From Octopus vulgaris (taxonomy: Eukaryota): 64,000 nt of DNA. This document shows, piece after piece, positions 28,471 to 43,804 of the stretch (position 1 is the stretch's first letter; every line of letters begins with the position of its first letter). Below the pieces are notes generated by a model, which was not told the DNA's origin, searched no databases, and saw only the letters and a list, made by a program, of their open reading frames with translations. Where the stretch lies: contig OX597829.1 of NCBI GenBank assembly GCA_951406725.2, positions 25,854,001-25,918,000 of the forward strand, given 5' to 3'. Position numbers and translations under genes: made by a program.

Positions 28471-30414
28471 TCTTTCTACTATAGACATAAAGCCTGAATT
28501 TTTGTATCAACTCCAGTACTAGACTGGTACTTATTTCATCGATCCCCTAAAGAAAGAAAGGCAAAGTCGCTCTCGGCAGAATTTGAACTCAGAACGTAAA
28601 CATAAGAAATGTGTGTCTGCAGTAGCTCATGTCAGGAAAAGGCTCTCAAAAGAAATTATTCGTAGCAGGGAATTTTCAGAGTATGGGTTGGGTGTTTGTT
28701 GTTAAATTTAGTATCCTTTGCTGTATCAGCGATTATGAAGAATGCTCACATTAAGCGTAATCTTACAGAAATAACAATGATGTCATTCTTCAAAGCAACT
28801 TGATCACACAGTGAGACGTTGTGAAAACGGAAATATTATTAATGTTGTACATAGATGGTAGAGGAACAGAAAATAATTTGGGGGCAAAGAAGAATTTGAC
28901 GATATATGTGTAGGTCGCTCATTATAATGAGTGACCTACATATGTAAGGAGTTTTCTATTTGCGGTCAACAATGGTTCGGTTTCATTAGCCTGAAAGCAA
29001 TTTTAAATCTGACCATGGTGTAGTAGTCGTTGCTCGCGCCGGCGTCGCAGTGCAAATTTAAATGCTTAACAAACGAAAATATCCATCAGCGTGTCTTAGT
29101 TTTAATACAACGGAAACGGGGCTCCTTTAGAAGAAAAGATATCAAGTGAATTTTATATCAATTTGAAGAAATTTTACAAGTTTCTTAATTGCAAAAGATT
29201 AGCTGTTATTGCCTCTGGGTAGAAATGCATCAGAAAACTTCAAATTTAAAACCCGATTTTGGTGAATTATTCACATACACTTCATGGAATAAGTGGCAAT
29301 GTGATGTTACGTTCTAGCAAACAGATAAGACTGAAGCTAATTTCTTTTTAGAGTACTTGGATAGATTACTCAATTCTGTGCAGCGAATATCTTCCTTCTC
29401 AAAATTATATTGATGCTGGTCAAAGATTTAGGATACCGAGCCAACCATAAAAAGTTTACTATGAACATTTTGAGAGTGAGGTGTTTTGTCGTTCAAAACA
29501 GCCATACTTTTGAAGTTAAAGGAGCAGTGGCGTGTTATATTTGTATTCCACTTTCAAAGGGATTGTTGAGTTTCTGTAGTCTAATATAACTGTGACAGAT
29601 CAGTGTAAATTTTAAAACATCGTGAAGGCCATCACAAGCATTGTATGTGTCTGGGAAGAAGGGTCACAGTACTGTATGCATGATGTCCGTCGTATTCCCT
29701 GGGTGTAAGCAGGGATTTATTTTGTGAAAATTGAGCGTAAAACACACGCACGTGCGCATACGCACAAACGCACGCACGTACAAACACAAGCACACACGCG
29801 CTTACTCACACCACATACAACACACACTCGCATACACATAACACTTACACACACATACACACCATACTCACATACACACACACACACATACACACACAGT
29901 ACACACGCATGCATTAACAACGCACACACACACTCACACACACACCACACCACACACGCATGGTAACACAAATACGTTAACGCACGTGTATGGAGCTACG
30001 CGCTTAGATGAAAATAGTAACCCAAACTCATTGCAATTAAACACAACCAACTTTTAATAAAAACGGAAGGACTAACAGAATATGTATGTCGAATAATCTG
30101 AATATAGAACAGAATGCTCATGACTGGATGGCCTTTGGTCATATATCTTGATCAAGGTTGACATGGACCTAAACAACAATGACAACGGCAATAAAAACAA
30201 CTGAGATATGATAAAACTCAAATTAAAGTGAAATGTTACAACGTAAGGAACATTTTCTTTTGGACATTTGTTGCTTTGATTCATAACAACACGTTTGCAG
30301 AGGTTTCACTGTGTTATGTGTTTGTAGATTTTAAGCTCTTCATGCAACATGCTCGGAGTGCAGGAAGAATCATTACAAAAGTCTCAAGAAAAACTTACTT
30401 AACTGCATTTGTCT

Positions 30415-30950
30415 CGGCCGCGAAATTTTTTTTCCCCACGAAAGTTCTGGATTTCAGTTATGAACTCATTTGCATACAGCCAATCAGAGCTCAGCTATCA
30501 AACTAATTTATGCGCGCATAACAAGTGATGGGTAATAAGATAAGGTCATTTGGGTAAGGAATGACCATGCTTTTTTTTCCCTTTTAAGAATGCTTCTTGT
30601 TCTTGTTCTTGTTTCGACCATGTCTGCGTAGTTATTTGTGTTGTTGTTTACTTTGTAAAACAGTAAGGGGAGAGGGTTGCTAGCATATCACCCTCTACCC
30701 ACATCCACACCTTTACCATATGGGGCCCTAACTGAATTCGATAATAGGTATAGATGCAAATCTATCTAATTACTTGTCTCCTTCTAAAATAAAGCATAAC
30801 TTGGTGATCGGTCGACTTAGATTACCGCTCTTCGTTTTGCGTTTGCTTGGTAGAGTGTGTTTATTAACTTGACCACAAATTCTGATTGGCTATATGCAAA
30901 TGATTCATTAATGGGGTCCGGAACTCTCGTGGGAAAAAAATTCGCGTCCG
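30415..30950. mobile_element. MITE-like element with ~75-bp imperfect TIRs, inserted into a decayed SINE B
   Basis: CGGCCGCGAAATTTTTTTCCCCACGA...ATTTGCATACAGCCAATCAGA mirrored at ~30880-30950; SINE B sequence resumes at 30951. Confidence 0.75.
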
Positions 30951-31289
30951 GCTCTTTACGTCCTGATTCAAATCCAGCCGAAGTCCAACATGCTTTTCAT
31001 CTTCCCATGGAATCGTGAAATAAAGTATCAGTCAAGTACTGGGGGCGATGGCATCGAGAAACTCGGTTTCTCAAGATTTCTAGTCTTGAGTTTAAATAAG
31101 AAATATATTAAAGCTAATATCTGGGTAAAAAAAAACAAACAAACAAAACCGTGTTATATTTTCTATATATGTATACTTTTTAGATTGTCGGAAATAAAAA
31201 TATTTGTTAAAGGTTAGAACACAAGGATAATTTGAATGTTGTGTCAACGAAATATCTATCTAGCTATCTGTCTGTCAGTCTGTCTATCC

Positions 31290-31513
31290 TATTTCTTTAT
31301 TGCCCACAAGGGTCTAAACATAGAAGAGACAAACAAGGACAGACAAATGGATTAAGTCGATTACATCGACCCCAGTGCGTAACTGGTACTTAATTTATCG
31401 ACCCCGAAAGGATGAAAGGCAAAGTCGACCTCGGCGGAATTTGAACTCAGAACACAAAGACAGATGAAATACCACAAAGAATTTCGCCTGACGTGCTAAC
31501 GTTTCTGCCAGTT
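31290..31513 (-). mobile_element. SINE family B
   Basis: Reverse complement of the 51775-52007 copy. Confidence 0.85.
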
Positions 31514-31964
31514 CGTCTGTCTATCTATCTCTGTCTGTTTGTTTGTCTATCAGTCTGTCTGTTTGTCTATCTGTCTGTCTGTCCGTCTGTCTGTTTGCTT
31601 GTCTGTCTGTCTGTCTGTTTGCCTGCCTGTCTGTCTGTCTCTCTCTCTCTCTTATTTTTATATTTTTGTATTTATATTCGTGTAACATCGTCTGTTTTTC
31701 CGTCCTTGTTTTCGTATACATTCGATGCTTTCTTCCAAGGAATCTAATGCTCTTAGCTTAGCTTTTCCTTGGGGCTGGCCAGATTGGAACAATCTCAAGA
31801 TTAATCAGCCGAAATTGCGATGATGATCCGGTTCTTGACTGAGGATAGAAAGCTTCGAGTGATCCGTCCTTGTTTTTTTGCATCGTCTATCTGGATGTTT
31901 TGTTGTCCCTTTTTGTATCACCTAGATGTCCGGATATTTTGCGTTCTTGTCCCATTTTGTATTT

Positions 31965-32141
<177 letters not shown>

Positions 32142-32596
32142 GCACTAAGAATGAAAGCAACAAAAGTCAAAAGGACGTACACAATGCATGTTCTAGGTTG
32201 ATGCTCAGTTTGAGATGGGAAAAAGAGAGGGTGTGACCGTCTCGAGCATGGTTCTTCGTCAGAAAGGGGAATGAAGAAAGGTAACGAGAGAAGAAAAAGA
32301 ATGGTCCGAGGAAAGTATGTGTGTCGTTCATTACACACATACACACATACACATACGCACGTCCATACACATATTATGCATCTAATGTATAACACTTATA
32401 AATTTAGACATATGTATAGATGTATACGTATAAACGCGCACAAAAGTACTAAATATATGCATATACAAAAACACGCGTGCGCACACACATACACATATGC
32501 ACGTATATATACACACACACACACCTACACGTAGACATGTACATATATATTCAAGCACCCTTCTCTACGTATAACCCTGTATATTTTGCACGTTGA

Positions 32597-33202
32597 TCCT
32601 TTAGCATTTAAACTGGCTAAATATCCTACCAGTTTTATGTTCAAACTGACTAGCCTAATCCAGCCTCTCCCACCAAACCTACAATGTCATTCCAAAAATG
32701 AACAAACATAGGCGTCGGAGTGACTGTGTGGTAAGCAGCTTGCTTACCAACTACATGGTTCCGGGTTCAGTCGCACTACGTGGCACCTTGGGCAAGTGTC
32801 TTGTACTATAGACTCGGGCCGACCAAAGCCTTGTGAGTGAATTTGGTAGACGGAAACTAAAAGAAGCCCGTCGTACATATGTATATATATGTGTGTGTAT
32901 ATGTTTGTGTGTCTGTCTTTATCCCCCCAACATCGCTTGACAACTTATGCTGGTGTGTTTACGTCCCCGTCACTTAGCGGTTCGGCAAAAGAGACCGATA
33001 AAATAAGTACTAGGCTTACAAAGAACAAGTCCTGGGGTCGATTTGCTCGACTAAAGGCGGTGCTCCAGCAAATGACTGAAACAAGTAAAAATGTAAAAGA
33101 GTAATCACATCATCGAAGTCTCGAAGCTACAAGATAATACAAGATTAATTCAAATTAATTTGTAAATCAATAATTATTACATTTGTCAGAATAATCAAAG
33201 GG
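32597..33202. mobile_element. piggyBac-like MITE interrupted by a SINE A (32710-33102)
   Basis: TTGA|TCCTTTAGCA...AAAGGG|TTAA; homologous to the 63282-63537 MITE. Confidence 0.65.
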
Positions 33203-33414
33203 TTAAGTACCCTACACTCTCACTTCTCTCTCTTCTCCCCACCCCACACCACATAAATGTGTATGCACACGCACATACCATTCACATTTTTCGTCAACCC
33301 ATCCTTTAGTTATTTTCTCGCACTCTCTCCACCACCCATTTTTTTTTTGCACTACAGCTCCGATCATTATTTTCAGATTCAAGATTTTCTGTCCCTTACC
33401 AATCAAAAACCACT

Positions 33415-33706
33415 GAGACCACCACCACAATCACCACCACCATCAATCACCACCACCACCACCACCACCACCACCACCACCACCACCACCACCACCGCCG
33501 CCACCACCACCACCACCACCGCCGCCGCCGCCGCCGCCGCCACCACCACCACCACCACCACCACCACCACCAAGGCCACCACCACCAAGGACGCCACCAC
33601 CACCAAGGCCGCTACCACCACCACCACCAGCACCAGCACCACCACCACCAGCACCACCACCACCAAAACCACAACCACCACCACCACCACCACCACTACT
33701 ACTACT
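33415..33706. repeat. (CAC/CGC)n trinucleotide tract
   Basis: Direct inspection. Confidence 0.95.
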
Positions 33707-33899
33707 GAAATCTAGTGACACTGGGCAAATTTGTAGATTTGCATTCTGCATGAAGAACAACTAGTTATGTGGCGTTTCATACACTTAATGTATTGTCAAG
33801 AAAAACAACGGCTGAGATGGTGTGACGTTCATTTGACTCCTTTTGCTTTCTCAATTCAAAATCCACCGAGGTGTTGAATTTTACATATCTTTCTAAAGT

Positions 33900-34300
33900 T
33901 TTAATAAAACATCTGTAATTTACAGTTTAATCACTTATTAAGGCGTAGATTCGCGATCATCTTGATATTTAATACTTAAATGGGTGACCACTGAGAGAAA
34001 TCTGAGCGCGGTAAATATTCTTCGCACACCCTGAAAAGGGTCATCCGTCTTATTGGCATAAATTCACTCACAGACATGCTTTGGCTGAGAATCAATTTGT
34101 CTCCTCTCACTGCCTTTTCTATTAACTGCTATAATGGCAGCAATCCTCAGAGCTGGCTGGGCTCATGCCACCATCACTCAGGCATTACTGACCCACTCAT
34201 CTCTCCTCCTTTCATCACCCTTGTGTGCAAAACTCCACTTCCCAGACCCCACACTTATTATAACACCCAGTCTTTCTCAAGTCATCGGTCTTTTGTAGAA
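33900..34300 (+). pseudogene. Highly decayed CR1/Jockey-group LINE 3' fragment
   Basis: Frameshifted remnants of LYKAQIRPHLEY (..KA*IRDHLD) and LFY..YNG..SSELAGLMPP motifs. Confidence 0.45.
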
Positions 34301-34583
34301 CAACCATGCCGAGAACGGTTGGAATCTGAATGTCTTTCAGAAGAGCTAACTCAGTTATCCTGAATCGTCCCTGAATCATTCTTAGGTTAATGTCCCCTTT
34401 AGAACGAGAGGATTGACTTTCTACTGGACAAATGATCAACTTTTAGAACACAATAAGCGTTTATCAATATCTCGGACGCCAACGGCCCAAATTCAGTCTA
34501 AGACTGACCTAACCCTGCAGCTTGGTCAAAGATCTGAACTGAGGAAATAGAAACATGTCTTTATCGTCATCGTTGTTCTCGAT

Positions 34584-34906
34584 CAGGGTGTTTTTTTTTT
34601 ATCTATGGACCCCTTTGATTACTATTTTATTCTGGTGGATCACCTACGACCGTCTGATAGTTGTAGAAACTTCTTTCAAAATTCCTATTTTGTTTTTCAC
34701 ACATTAACTTGTGTAGGTTGAAGCATGTAAAATGTTAGCGGAAAAAAAAACTTAGCTGCTTCTTGTAATACATACCAGTACATACATCTAAAGCAAAATG
34801 TTTTCAGAGGGCCTTAAAGTACTATTTTGGATCCCTAATTTGCTATTTTGTTGTATTGACCCCCCAAAATCTTATGGGTCATATAGACCCCGGTTGAGAA
34901 CCACTG
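34584..34906. mobile_element. hAT (Charlie-like) MITE
   Basis: Right TIR GGTTGAGAACCACTG; 8-bp TSD TTCTCGAT / TTCTAGAT (NTCTAGAN-type target). Confidence 0.8.
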
Positions 34907-35389
34907 TTCTAGATTCTCTACCGCTGTGCTAGGAACAGCGAGGGTCTACGTGCTTCCTTTAAGTGTTGGCAGATGGATCGCCTAACAAACGAAACGTGTC
35001 CCTTCAATAAAATGTGAAAGAGCAAGAGCTTCCATCTGAACATTTATCTTCTCCCGGTGCTGAACTGCAATCCTACGTACGGACTTGTCCGCGTTAATAT
35101 TTGATCCTGTCACGGTTTTCATATTCCTTTCAAAACTGTACCAACCACTTTCACTTTCATAGTGACACGATTACGGTGCTGACGTTGTCTGCTTTTTGAT
35201 GGTACAGCTTTCCCATGTCCAAGTTAAAGAGATGGCCTTTAAACGATCAGGTTTCCTCTTACAACTAAGAGTAACAAGAACCAAAAGCGAAATAAAAAAA
35301 AAAAAAGAAAATATACGGAGTAAGAAGAGGAAACAACAAACAATACTAATAAACTATACGAACACATCGAACGTTACGTCTACAACATC

Positions 35390-35496
35390 CACCATCAGCA
35401 TCTTCGTCGTCGTCGTCGTCTTCACCATCTTCCTCCACCACTTTCATCCTCCTCCTCCTCATCATCATCATCATCATCATCACCATCATCGTCGTC

Positions 35497-35530
<34 letters not shown>

Positions 35531-36222
35531 TCATCATCACCACCACCACCACCATCATCATGATGATGATCATGATGATCATGATCATCATGATCATGAT
35601 CATGATCATCATGATCATCATGATCATGATCATCATCATCATCATGATCATGATCATGATGATGATGATGATGATCATCATCATCATGATCATCATCATC
35701 ATCATCATCATCAGTAACGTCTTCATCACCACCACTACCACAATAACCATCGCCGCCGCCGTCATTGCCACCGCCATTGTTGCCGCCATTGCCGCCGCCA
35801 TCATTACCGCCGCCGCTACTGCCGCCGCAGTCACCGTCGCAGCCGCCGCTGCTACTGCTTCCGCCGTCGCCACCATCGTCACCGTCATTGTCGTCGTCGT
35901 CGTCGTCGTCATCGTCGTCGTCGTCATCATCATCATCATCATTAACACCATCATCATCACGACTACTACAACCACCACTACCATCACCATCATCATCATC
36001 ATCATCATCATCATTACCATCGTCATCGTCGTCGTCGTCGTCGTCATCATCATCGTCATCACCATCATCGTCGTCGTCGTCGTCATCATCATCGTCGTCA
36101 CCACCACCGCCACCGCCACCACCGCCATCACCACCACCACCACCACCACCACCACCACCACCGCCGCCGCCGCCGCCACCACCGCCGCCGCCGCCGCCAC
36201 CGCCACCACCACCACCACCACC

Positions 36223-36282
<60 letters not shown>

Positions 36283-36289
36283 GTCGTCG

Positions 36290-36342
<53 letters not shown>

Positions 36343-36390
36343 GTCGTCGTCATCATCATCATCATCGCCTTCATTACCATCACCGTCATT
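35390..36390. repeat. ~1-kb compound trinucleotide tract (CAT/CAC/CGT/CGC)
   Basis: Direct inspection; source of the 300+ aa homopolymeric ORFs. Confidence 0.95.
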
Positions 36391-36993
36391 GTATTTCTTT
36401 CTGTTCTTTTTTTTCTTCTTCCTTTTCAAATGTTATTTCGTGTTTCATTACAATGGGATGAAAGCTCATTAAAATATCCGACCAAAAACTCTTGGTTCTT
36501 ATTTATTATATTGTATCCAGTAACAAACCAAACCCAATTCTACATTCTACAAGAGCAGCCCTTTATTTATTTATTTTTTTTTGTTTTTTGATTTTTCCTC
36601 CTGGTGTTCGTTCCTCAGTCAGAAGTCAATTATCAGAAATCACATCAGCACTCAGGAATTTCCTTGGGTCTTTGAGTTCATGTACCGAAACCAATCGTAC
36701 GGAACATGTTATATCTGAATATTTAGTTTTATTGATTTAGTAATGATAACCTGATAACCTTTTGCTCCCGATTCCTTTGTGTGTCACTGACAGTGCACGC
36801 GTGCGGATGTTTCACATGTGCGCGCGTGCGCACATGTGTGTGTGTTCGTGTGTGTGCGTACGCATGTATACATTCACACAGTCACACACACTCAAACATA
36901 CATATGCACATGCATATATATGAATATATGTATATGTGTATATCTATCTATCTATCCATCCGTCCATCCATCCATCCATCCATCCATCCATCC

Positions 36994-37050
<57 letters not shown>

Positions 37051-37069
37051 CTCTATCTCTCCATCCATC

Positions 37070-37102
<33 letters not shown>

Positions 37103-37156
37103 ATATCTATCTAACTATATACCTACCTATCCTATCATCTATCTATCTATCTATCC

Positions 37157-37217
<61 letters not shown>

Positions 37218-37234
37218 ACTATCTATCTATCTAA

Positions 37235-37303
<69 letters not shown>

Positions 37304-37710
37304 CATTCATTCATCCATCCATCCATCCACACATCCCTCCATCTATCTGTGTATGTGTACAGCAAGTGAAAATATAACTCAGATCGCCGACAAAAGGAAG
37401 AATACAGTCAGACTCAAAACTTATGAAACACCCACTAACATATAAATATTAAACTATATGTGTTATTGTTATTATTACTATTAAGGCGACGAGCTGGCAG
37501 AACAGTTAACTAGCACGCCTGACAAAATGCTTACCGGTATTTCGTTCGATTTACGTCCTGAGTACAAATTCAGCCGAGGTCGACTTTGTTTTTCATTCTT
37601 TCGGGGTCGATAAAACGAGTACCAGTTGAACACTGGAGGTGATGTACTTGACTTAACCCTACCCCGAAATTGCCTGTTTTGTGACAAAATTTGAAACCGT
37701 TATTATAATA

Positions 37711-38438
<728 letters not shown>

Positions 38439-38468
38439 CCATTATCATTATCACTAGCATTAGCATTA

Positions 38469-38511
<43 letters not shown>

Positions 38512-38573
38512 CATTATTATTTGTGCATACATACGAACATCACCAATTCAATCATACATATGTGTGTGCGTAT

Positions 38574-38651
<78 letters not shown>

Positions 38652-38938
38652 TTTTTTCGCCACTGTCTCCTGTTCGTTCGCTATTTCCAACAGCTTCTCG
38701 CCGCTGACACGGTAAACGATGTTATCGTTAAAGGCGTGAAACTGTAAGGATATTCTGGACGATAACTGATGTGGAATTAGCAACGTCTCGTCCTGTGTGC
38801 GAATTTTCCGTTTCTTCCTTTGTTTCGTCTCTGTTCAAATTTTAGAACTTATTATTTAATGTAACGCTACACAAGCTTCTTATTTCTTAATATTTACCCA
38901 TTCATTTGAATATTTTTCGTGCGTCGTATATTTCAGTG

Positions 38939-39012
<74 letters not shown>

Positions 39013-39203
39013 ATATATATATATATATAACTTTCTCTCTCCTTCCGTCTACCACTTTTTCTCTCTCCCCCGACTGCCACGTGACGGGTCAGCGTAGATC
39101 TAGGAGCTCTCCTTCAAATCCTGGAATTCCCAAAACTAGAGCTCCACCACCCGATGTAGTTTAAAGTCATACCCAGGGCAACATGTAAACGCACGTCTGT
39201 CCG

Positions 39204-39260
<57 letters not shown>

Positions 39261-39394
39261 AATATAATACGATGATGTCTAGAGGAGTTTCACTTGTGTA
39301 TCTGGTTCTGGAATATACGCTACTCTATGATAGCATGTATGATAGCATGTATGAGACCTTTTAAATGCACGCTACGAGGTTATTACCCGAATTA

Positions 39395-39447
<53 letters not shown>

Positions 39448-39449
39448 TG

Positions 39450-41130
39450 CCAACTTTATGGTTGGATCTTCCCAAAGCTTACACAAGCGTGCCCCAAAGG
39501 GTACTCTAAAGTACATTGGAGTGCTATCAAGTACCAAAAGCAGTAGTCAAACCCACAATGTCGCACATGGTTTCTCTGCAAATGAAGTTCATTATGGGCA
39601 ATTTCATCACTAAATGGCAGAGACTGGAGATGGACATTATGGCAGGGTGCCCAATTTCCGTGGTGCTATTTGTGGTGGTTATGAACTTAGTGGTAAAGGT
39701 GGGAGAGAGGTAATCGAGAGGTCCGGAAATTGATGAAAACACTGGAAAGTTGCTTTCCAGGGCCTTCATGCATGACATAACACTCATGACACTTTCATTC
39801 GAAGGGGTACAGCGGACACTGAGCTCGCTGGAAGAGATGGCCACAGGGTCAAGAATGCAAAAGCCCGAGTATCATCAAAAAAAGGAGGAAAATGACATCC
39901 TCAGTATTCAGAGGTCTGGGATTCAAACACCCAAGAAAAAGGAGTTCGATGCCTTGGGAAAAACTACGATCATACCCTTAATGATATTGGCAAAATCGAA
40001 GAAAAGTAAACCCCAACTTGATAACCGGCTGAGAATAGTGAATAGAAGCCAGCTACTTGAAAGGTTCAGGGTATGGTGCGTCCTGTATGGTATCATGCCC
40101 AGACTGCAGTGGCCACTGGGATGGCTAGGACTTGGTAACTACAGCACCAAGTGGTAGAAAAAGACCAGTATCAGGAATAAGAAAGAGCTGATAGTGCAAA
40201 AAATAGATTCAACAGAGGAGGGCCACCGGGTGAAAGCTGTACCGTTTGCTCACCAGGGACAAAGAAACAGTAGGATTAGGCACCTGAGCGCCCTATGTCC
40301 AGGAAGGAACTATGAAACTCTGACCAGAAAGATTGACCTTCCTCCATCGTCTTGTCGCTGACCTCTTGCCAACTCCAAATAACCTTAAAATATGGGACAA
40401 AGAAGAAAACCCATCCTGCAAACAGTGTGGAGTAACTCTTTGCACCCTGAACCACATTTTGATCGGATACCCTAGGGTACTGGGAAAAGGTCAATGCAAG
40501 TGGAGGTATGACAAGGTCCTTACAGAAATCGACAAGAGGACAGACCTGCGAATGATTAAGACTAACAAACTCCAGCCGTTACCACCCAAGAGTATCAGGT
40601 TTTTGAAGAAGTGTGACAAGGCTATTAAGACAAAAGCTATGGCGGGGAACCTATTTTCTATTTTGCAGCCATCCTCAGACTGTGAGAGGCATGTGGACAT
40701 GAAAGGCAGTCTCATCTTCCAAGAGGATATGGCGGTAACTTCATTGCGACTAGGCACGTTTTTGTACTCCAGGAGAACACAAACAATCATCGTGGTCGAA
40801 CATAGGCTAGACTCAATATTTCAACTATCAGAAATTGGACGATGAGGATCTTGTCGAGGGATGTCACACGACCTCATTCTCTAGTGAAGTTGGCTGTCGT
40901 GGTCTTCCACTTGCAACGGTGCGCTATTTCCTGCAAATGATTGGTCTGGAACTCAAACAACTGGAAAAAAAAAGCCACCAAGGAGATAGGCATGGCAGCT
41001 GAAACCAGCTCAAGGTGGCTATTGTTGATAAGCAACCACAAATGATAGTATTCCGCAGACGAAGACTAATTCAGTCCTTGCTGTCCCACTCAGGTAAAGC
41101 GTACAGGCTAAGAAGTAAAACGCTTATGAC
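39450..41130 (+). pseudogene. Decayed RLE-type non-LTR retrotransposon (Hero/R2-group-like): RT, zinc knuckle and restriction-like endonuclease remnants
   Basis: WLDLPKAYTSVP, IMAGCPISVVLFVVVMN, AFMHDITL, YGIMPRLQWPL, LPTPNNLKIW..CKQCG..TLNHIL...KWRYDKVL, VTSLR...IIVVE, EVGCRG. Confidence 0.88.
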
Positions 41131-41641
41131 CTTGAGATACCTGCAGACGATATGGAAATCTTTCAAACATTGCGATGGATTTAGAGCCTGTAAAACCTTT
41201 GATTTTCTTCTGAGGTCTATGCGTGCAGCAAAGCATCTCCTGTATTTATTTATTTCACGTTTATAGCCATCTGTGTGCATCATACTTAATGCAGATACAT
41301 CGCAAAACGGCAAATTAATTGCAGTATTCGTCCGGAGATAGGTTTTCTTATGAACGCAGTTTTTAAAAACACAAAAAAATCATCAGTAGCAGACGAACAT
41401 CGTCCATTAGCGGCAATGAGAATGCTAAATGTACATTTCTGCGTCGTTAGGTTTTGTCGGTAATTTGTACCAACTACCAACCGCATACTAAGTCAAATTC
41501 AATCGCAGCTGGTATTGGAAAACACCGATCGAAAAATCATTAATGTTTCGATTAGCCGCTCGACTGAATAAAACTCTGCCCTTTGCTATTGTAGGAAGTG
41601 AGGTTGGCACTTGATAGGTGCCTCACAATTCCTTACATAGT

Positions 41642-42031
41642 TGTAGAAAAGAAAATAGCGGGAACAAGAAACTCCGAACAAATAACAATAATTTATTTCG
41701 CCGAAATAAGCATTTCATCTCTGGACATCAGTAGCCTGGTCGCCTTGGGGGTAGAAGCAGCCGGGTTAGTAGTCAGACACAAAATACGAAGGCATTCACA
41801 GACTCGCAACGTCGCTCGCCTTCAGAGTTCTAGCTCCACGTAGCTGGTCCTAGTTGCATCTGTCTCGGTCGGCAGCAGGGGACGAAGAGAGTGAAATAAC
41901 GGTCAAGCCTAGCTGCTGATGATGACTGCGCATGCGCATAAGGGGCTTCCGGCAGGCCTTCAGGAAGACTAATCCCTGCGCATGCGTGGATGAAAATCCC
42001 AAAATGGCGTCTGGAACCAGACGTCACTACA
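41642..42031 (-). mobile_element. Solo-LTR-like element (390 bp) with promoter motifs
   Basis: TGTAG...CTACA inverted termini; minus-strand AATAAA at 41692-41697, ~50 bp from the 3' end; GC/CpG-richer than flanks; no matching TSD. Confidence 0.6.
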
Positions 42032-42532
42032 CTTTTATGTACATTAGTGCATATCCTGTCATTTTATGTCCCGAATAAGTAATATTTTGCTGCCTCTTTT
42101 GTTGGATGGTGTTGTTCCTCTGACAGATCTCTTGCAGTTCTTTGTCGAAGCACTTATCTTGCTCCATTTTCTTATGAAAGTCTCTGACGAAGTTCATGGT
42201 GTCTCTCAACATCTGCTTACCAAAATGATTTTCCCTTCATATTATGTACATTTCCCCAAACACTGCCACTGCGTTGCAGTTTGTCTTTGTGAAATTAAAC
42301 GTTCTTCATACATGACAAATTGTTCAAGCATAAAAAGGGTTTCTTAAAAGTAGTTGTAAGAAAGCAATCATTCAGTTATATTTCTGAAATGATGTATTGG
42401 AAGAAATTGAGGTGGAAATTGAGGTGGAAGAAATTGAGTCTAAATTGCTGTTGCGCTGAGTGAGAGGGATCGAAGTAAAAACTGTAATGGATTCACAGAC
42501 AGACAAACAGACAGATAGATAGGTAGAGACAC

Positions 42533-42669
<137 letters not shown>

Positions 42670-43149
42670 TGTAGGATGGATATGTAGAAACATAGAAAGA
42701 CATGCACACACAGACATATGTATGCATAACATTTTTCTCTCTCTTTCTCCCCTCCTCTCTCCCCATCGATAGACAGATTCACAAATAAACAGATAGATCT
42801 CGAAAAGTAAACAAAGGAAAACAAATGTTTATGTCTAAGTTTTCTCAAGGAAATGGAAATTCGAATTTTTTTTCCATCAGTATATATAATAATACGCTAT
42901 GTGCCTTTGTATACATTCTTTTTTCTGAACAACACTTTAGCATTTGAAGCTGTTGAATTTCTACCACTAAATAAGATTTACTTTACGAGCTGGAATCGTT
43001 ATTTCTTTTTTGCATTTGTCTCATAATGCTCAAAAACAACGTTTCTACTTCTTTGCTCCAACAATGTCTCTATTTAGTTATTCTGTCTGTCTTTTGTATT
43101 TGAAAGTCCATTCTGCTTACTTAATGCTTAATTAAAATAAATTAACGCG

Positions 43150-43388
43150 CCCATTTAAAGCCTAGCCAGGCTCACGAGCCCGGTTTCAATGGCGTATATG
43201 TTTTTCCCTAGCTGGACGGGACGCCAGTCCATCGCAGCGTTACTCATTTTTGCCAGCTGAGTAGACTGGAGCAACTTGAAATGAAGTGTTTTGCTCAAGA
43301 ACACAACGCTCCGCCCGGTCCAGGAATCGAAGCCACAACATTACGATCATGATGCTGACACCCTAACCACTAAGCTACGCGCCTCCAC
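43150..43388 (-). mobile_element. tRNA-derived SINE family C (Meta-domain-like)
   Basis: Minus GTGGCTTAGTGGTTAGGG-like A box, GTTCGATTCC-like B box, TGTGTTCTTGAGCAAAACACTT...TTGCTCCAGTCTACTCAGCTG. Confidence 0.8.
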
Positions 43389-43522
43389 TAATGCTTAATT
43401 AATGTTTTAAAATTCATATATTTTGATAATTTGCAGTGCATCACAACATTTATAAGAAATTTCTTTCTCTTTATTGTTGCCCGAAGACTTCTTTTGAGGT
43501 AAGTTGCTGGCATATTATAGAG

Positions 43523-43804
43523 CAGTGGTTCTCAAAGTGGGAGATATTGTTCCCCTGGGGGCAGTGGAAATTTCCAAAGGGGCGTTGAATAAAAGTGGGG
43601 CGATAATGGAAGAGCAATTCATGTAAAATGTGGGGCAATAATGGGGTAATGATTCATGTAAAAACAACAAAATAATGGGTTCGTTATGAAATACAGTTGC
43701 TTTGAATTTACTTCAGAAAGAAGTCTAAGTCTTGGGATTAAGGCGCTAGGAGTGTAGCCAAGGTGTCAAGGGGGCGGCAACCCGAAAAAGTTTGGGAACC
43801 ACTG
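43523..43804. mobile_element. hAT MITE
   Basis: TIRs CAGTGGTTCTCAAA / TTTGGGAACCACTG; 8-bp TSD TTATAGAG / CTATAGAG. Confidence 0.88.

Noticed and set aside
31760-31870. GGCTGG...CAGCC-GAAA-TTGC hammerhead-like half and a nearby CTGAGGA
   Set aside because: Neither this copy nor the 13.2-kb homologue has CUGANGA before that stem, and the downstream CTGAGGA lacks a proper stem II-GAAA-NUH arrangement.
34536-34562. CTGAGGA-AATA-GAAAC-AT-GTC motif
   Set aside because: No stem II, only a 2-3-bp stem I and no element context; probably chance.
35196-36591. Long ORFs of 173-347 aa on both strands
   Set aside because: Homopolymeric translations of trinucleotide microsatellite, open in many frames at once.
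38693-38742. Possible plus-strand small exon (CAG|CTTCTCGCC...AAACT|GTAAGG)
   Set aside because: Splice-like signals only; no homology or neighbouring exon support.
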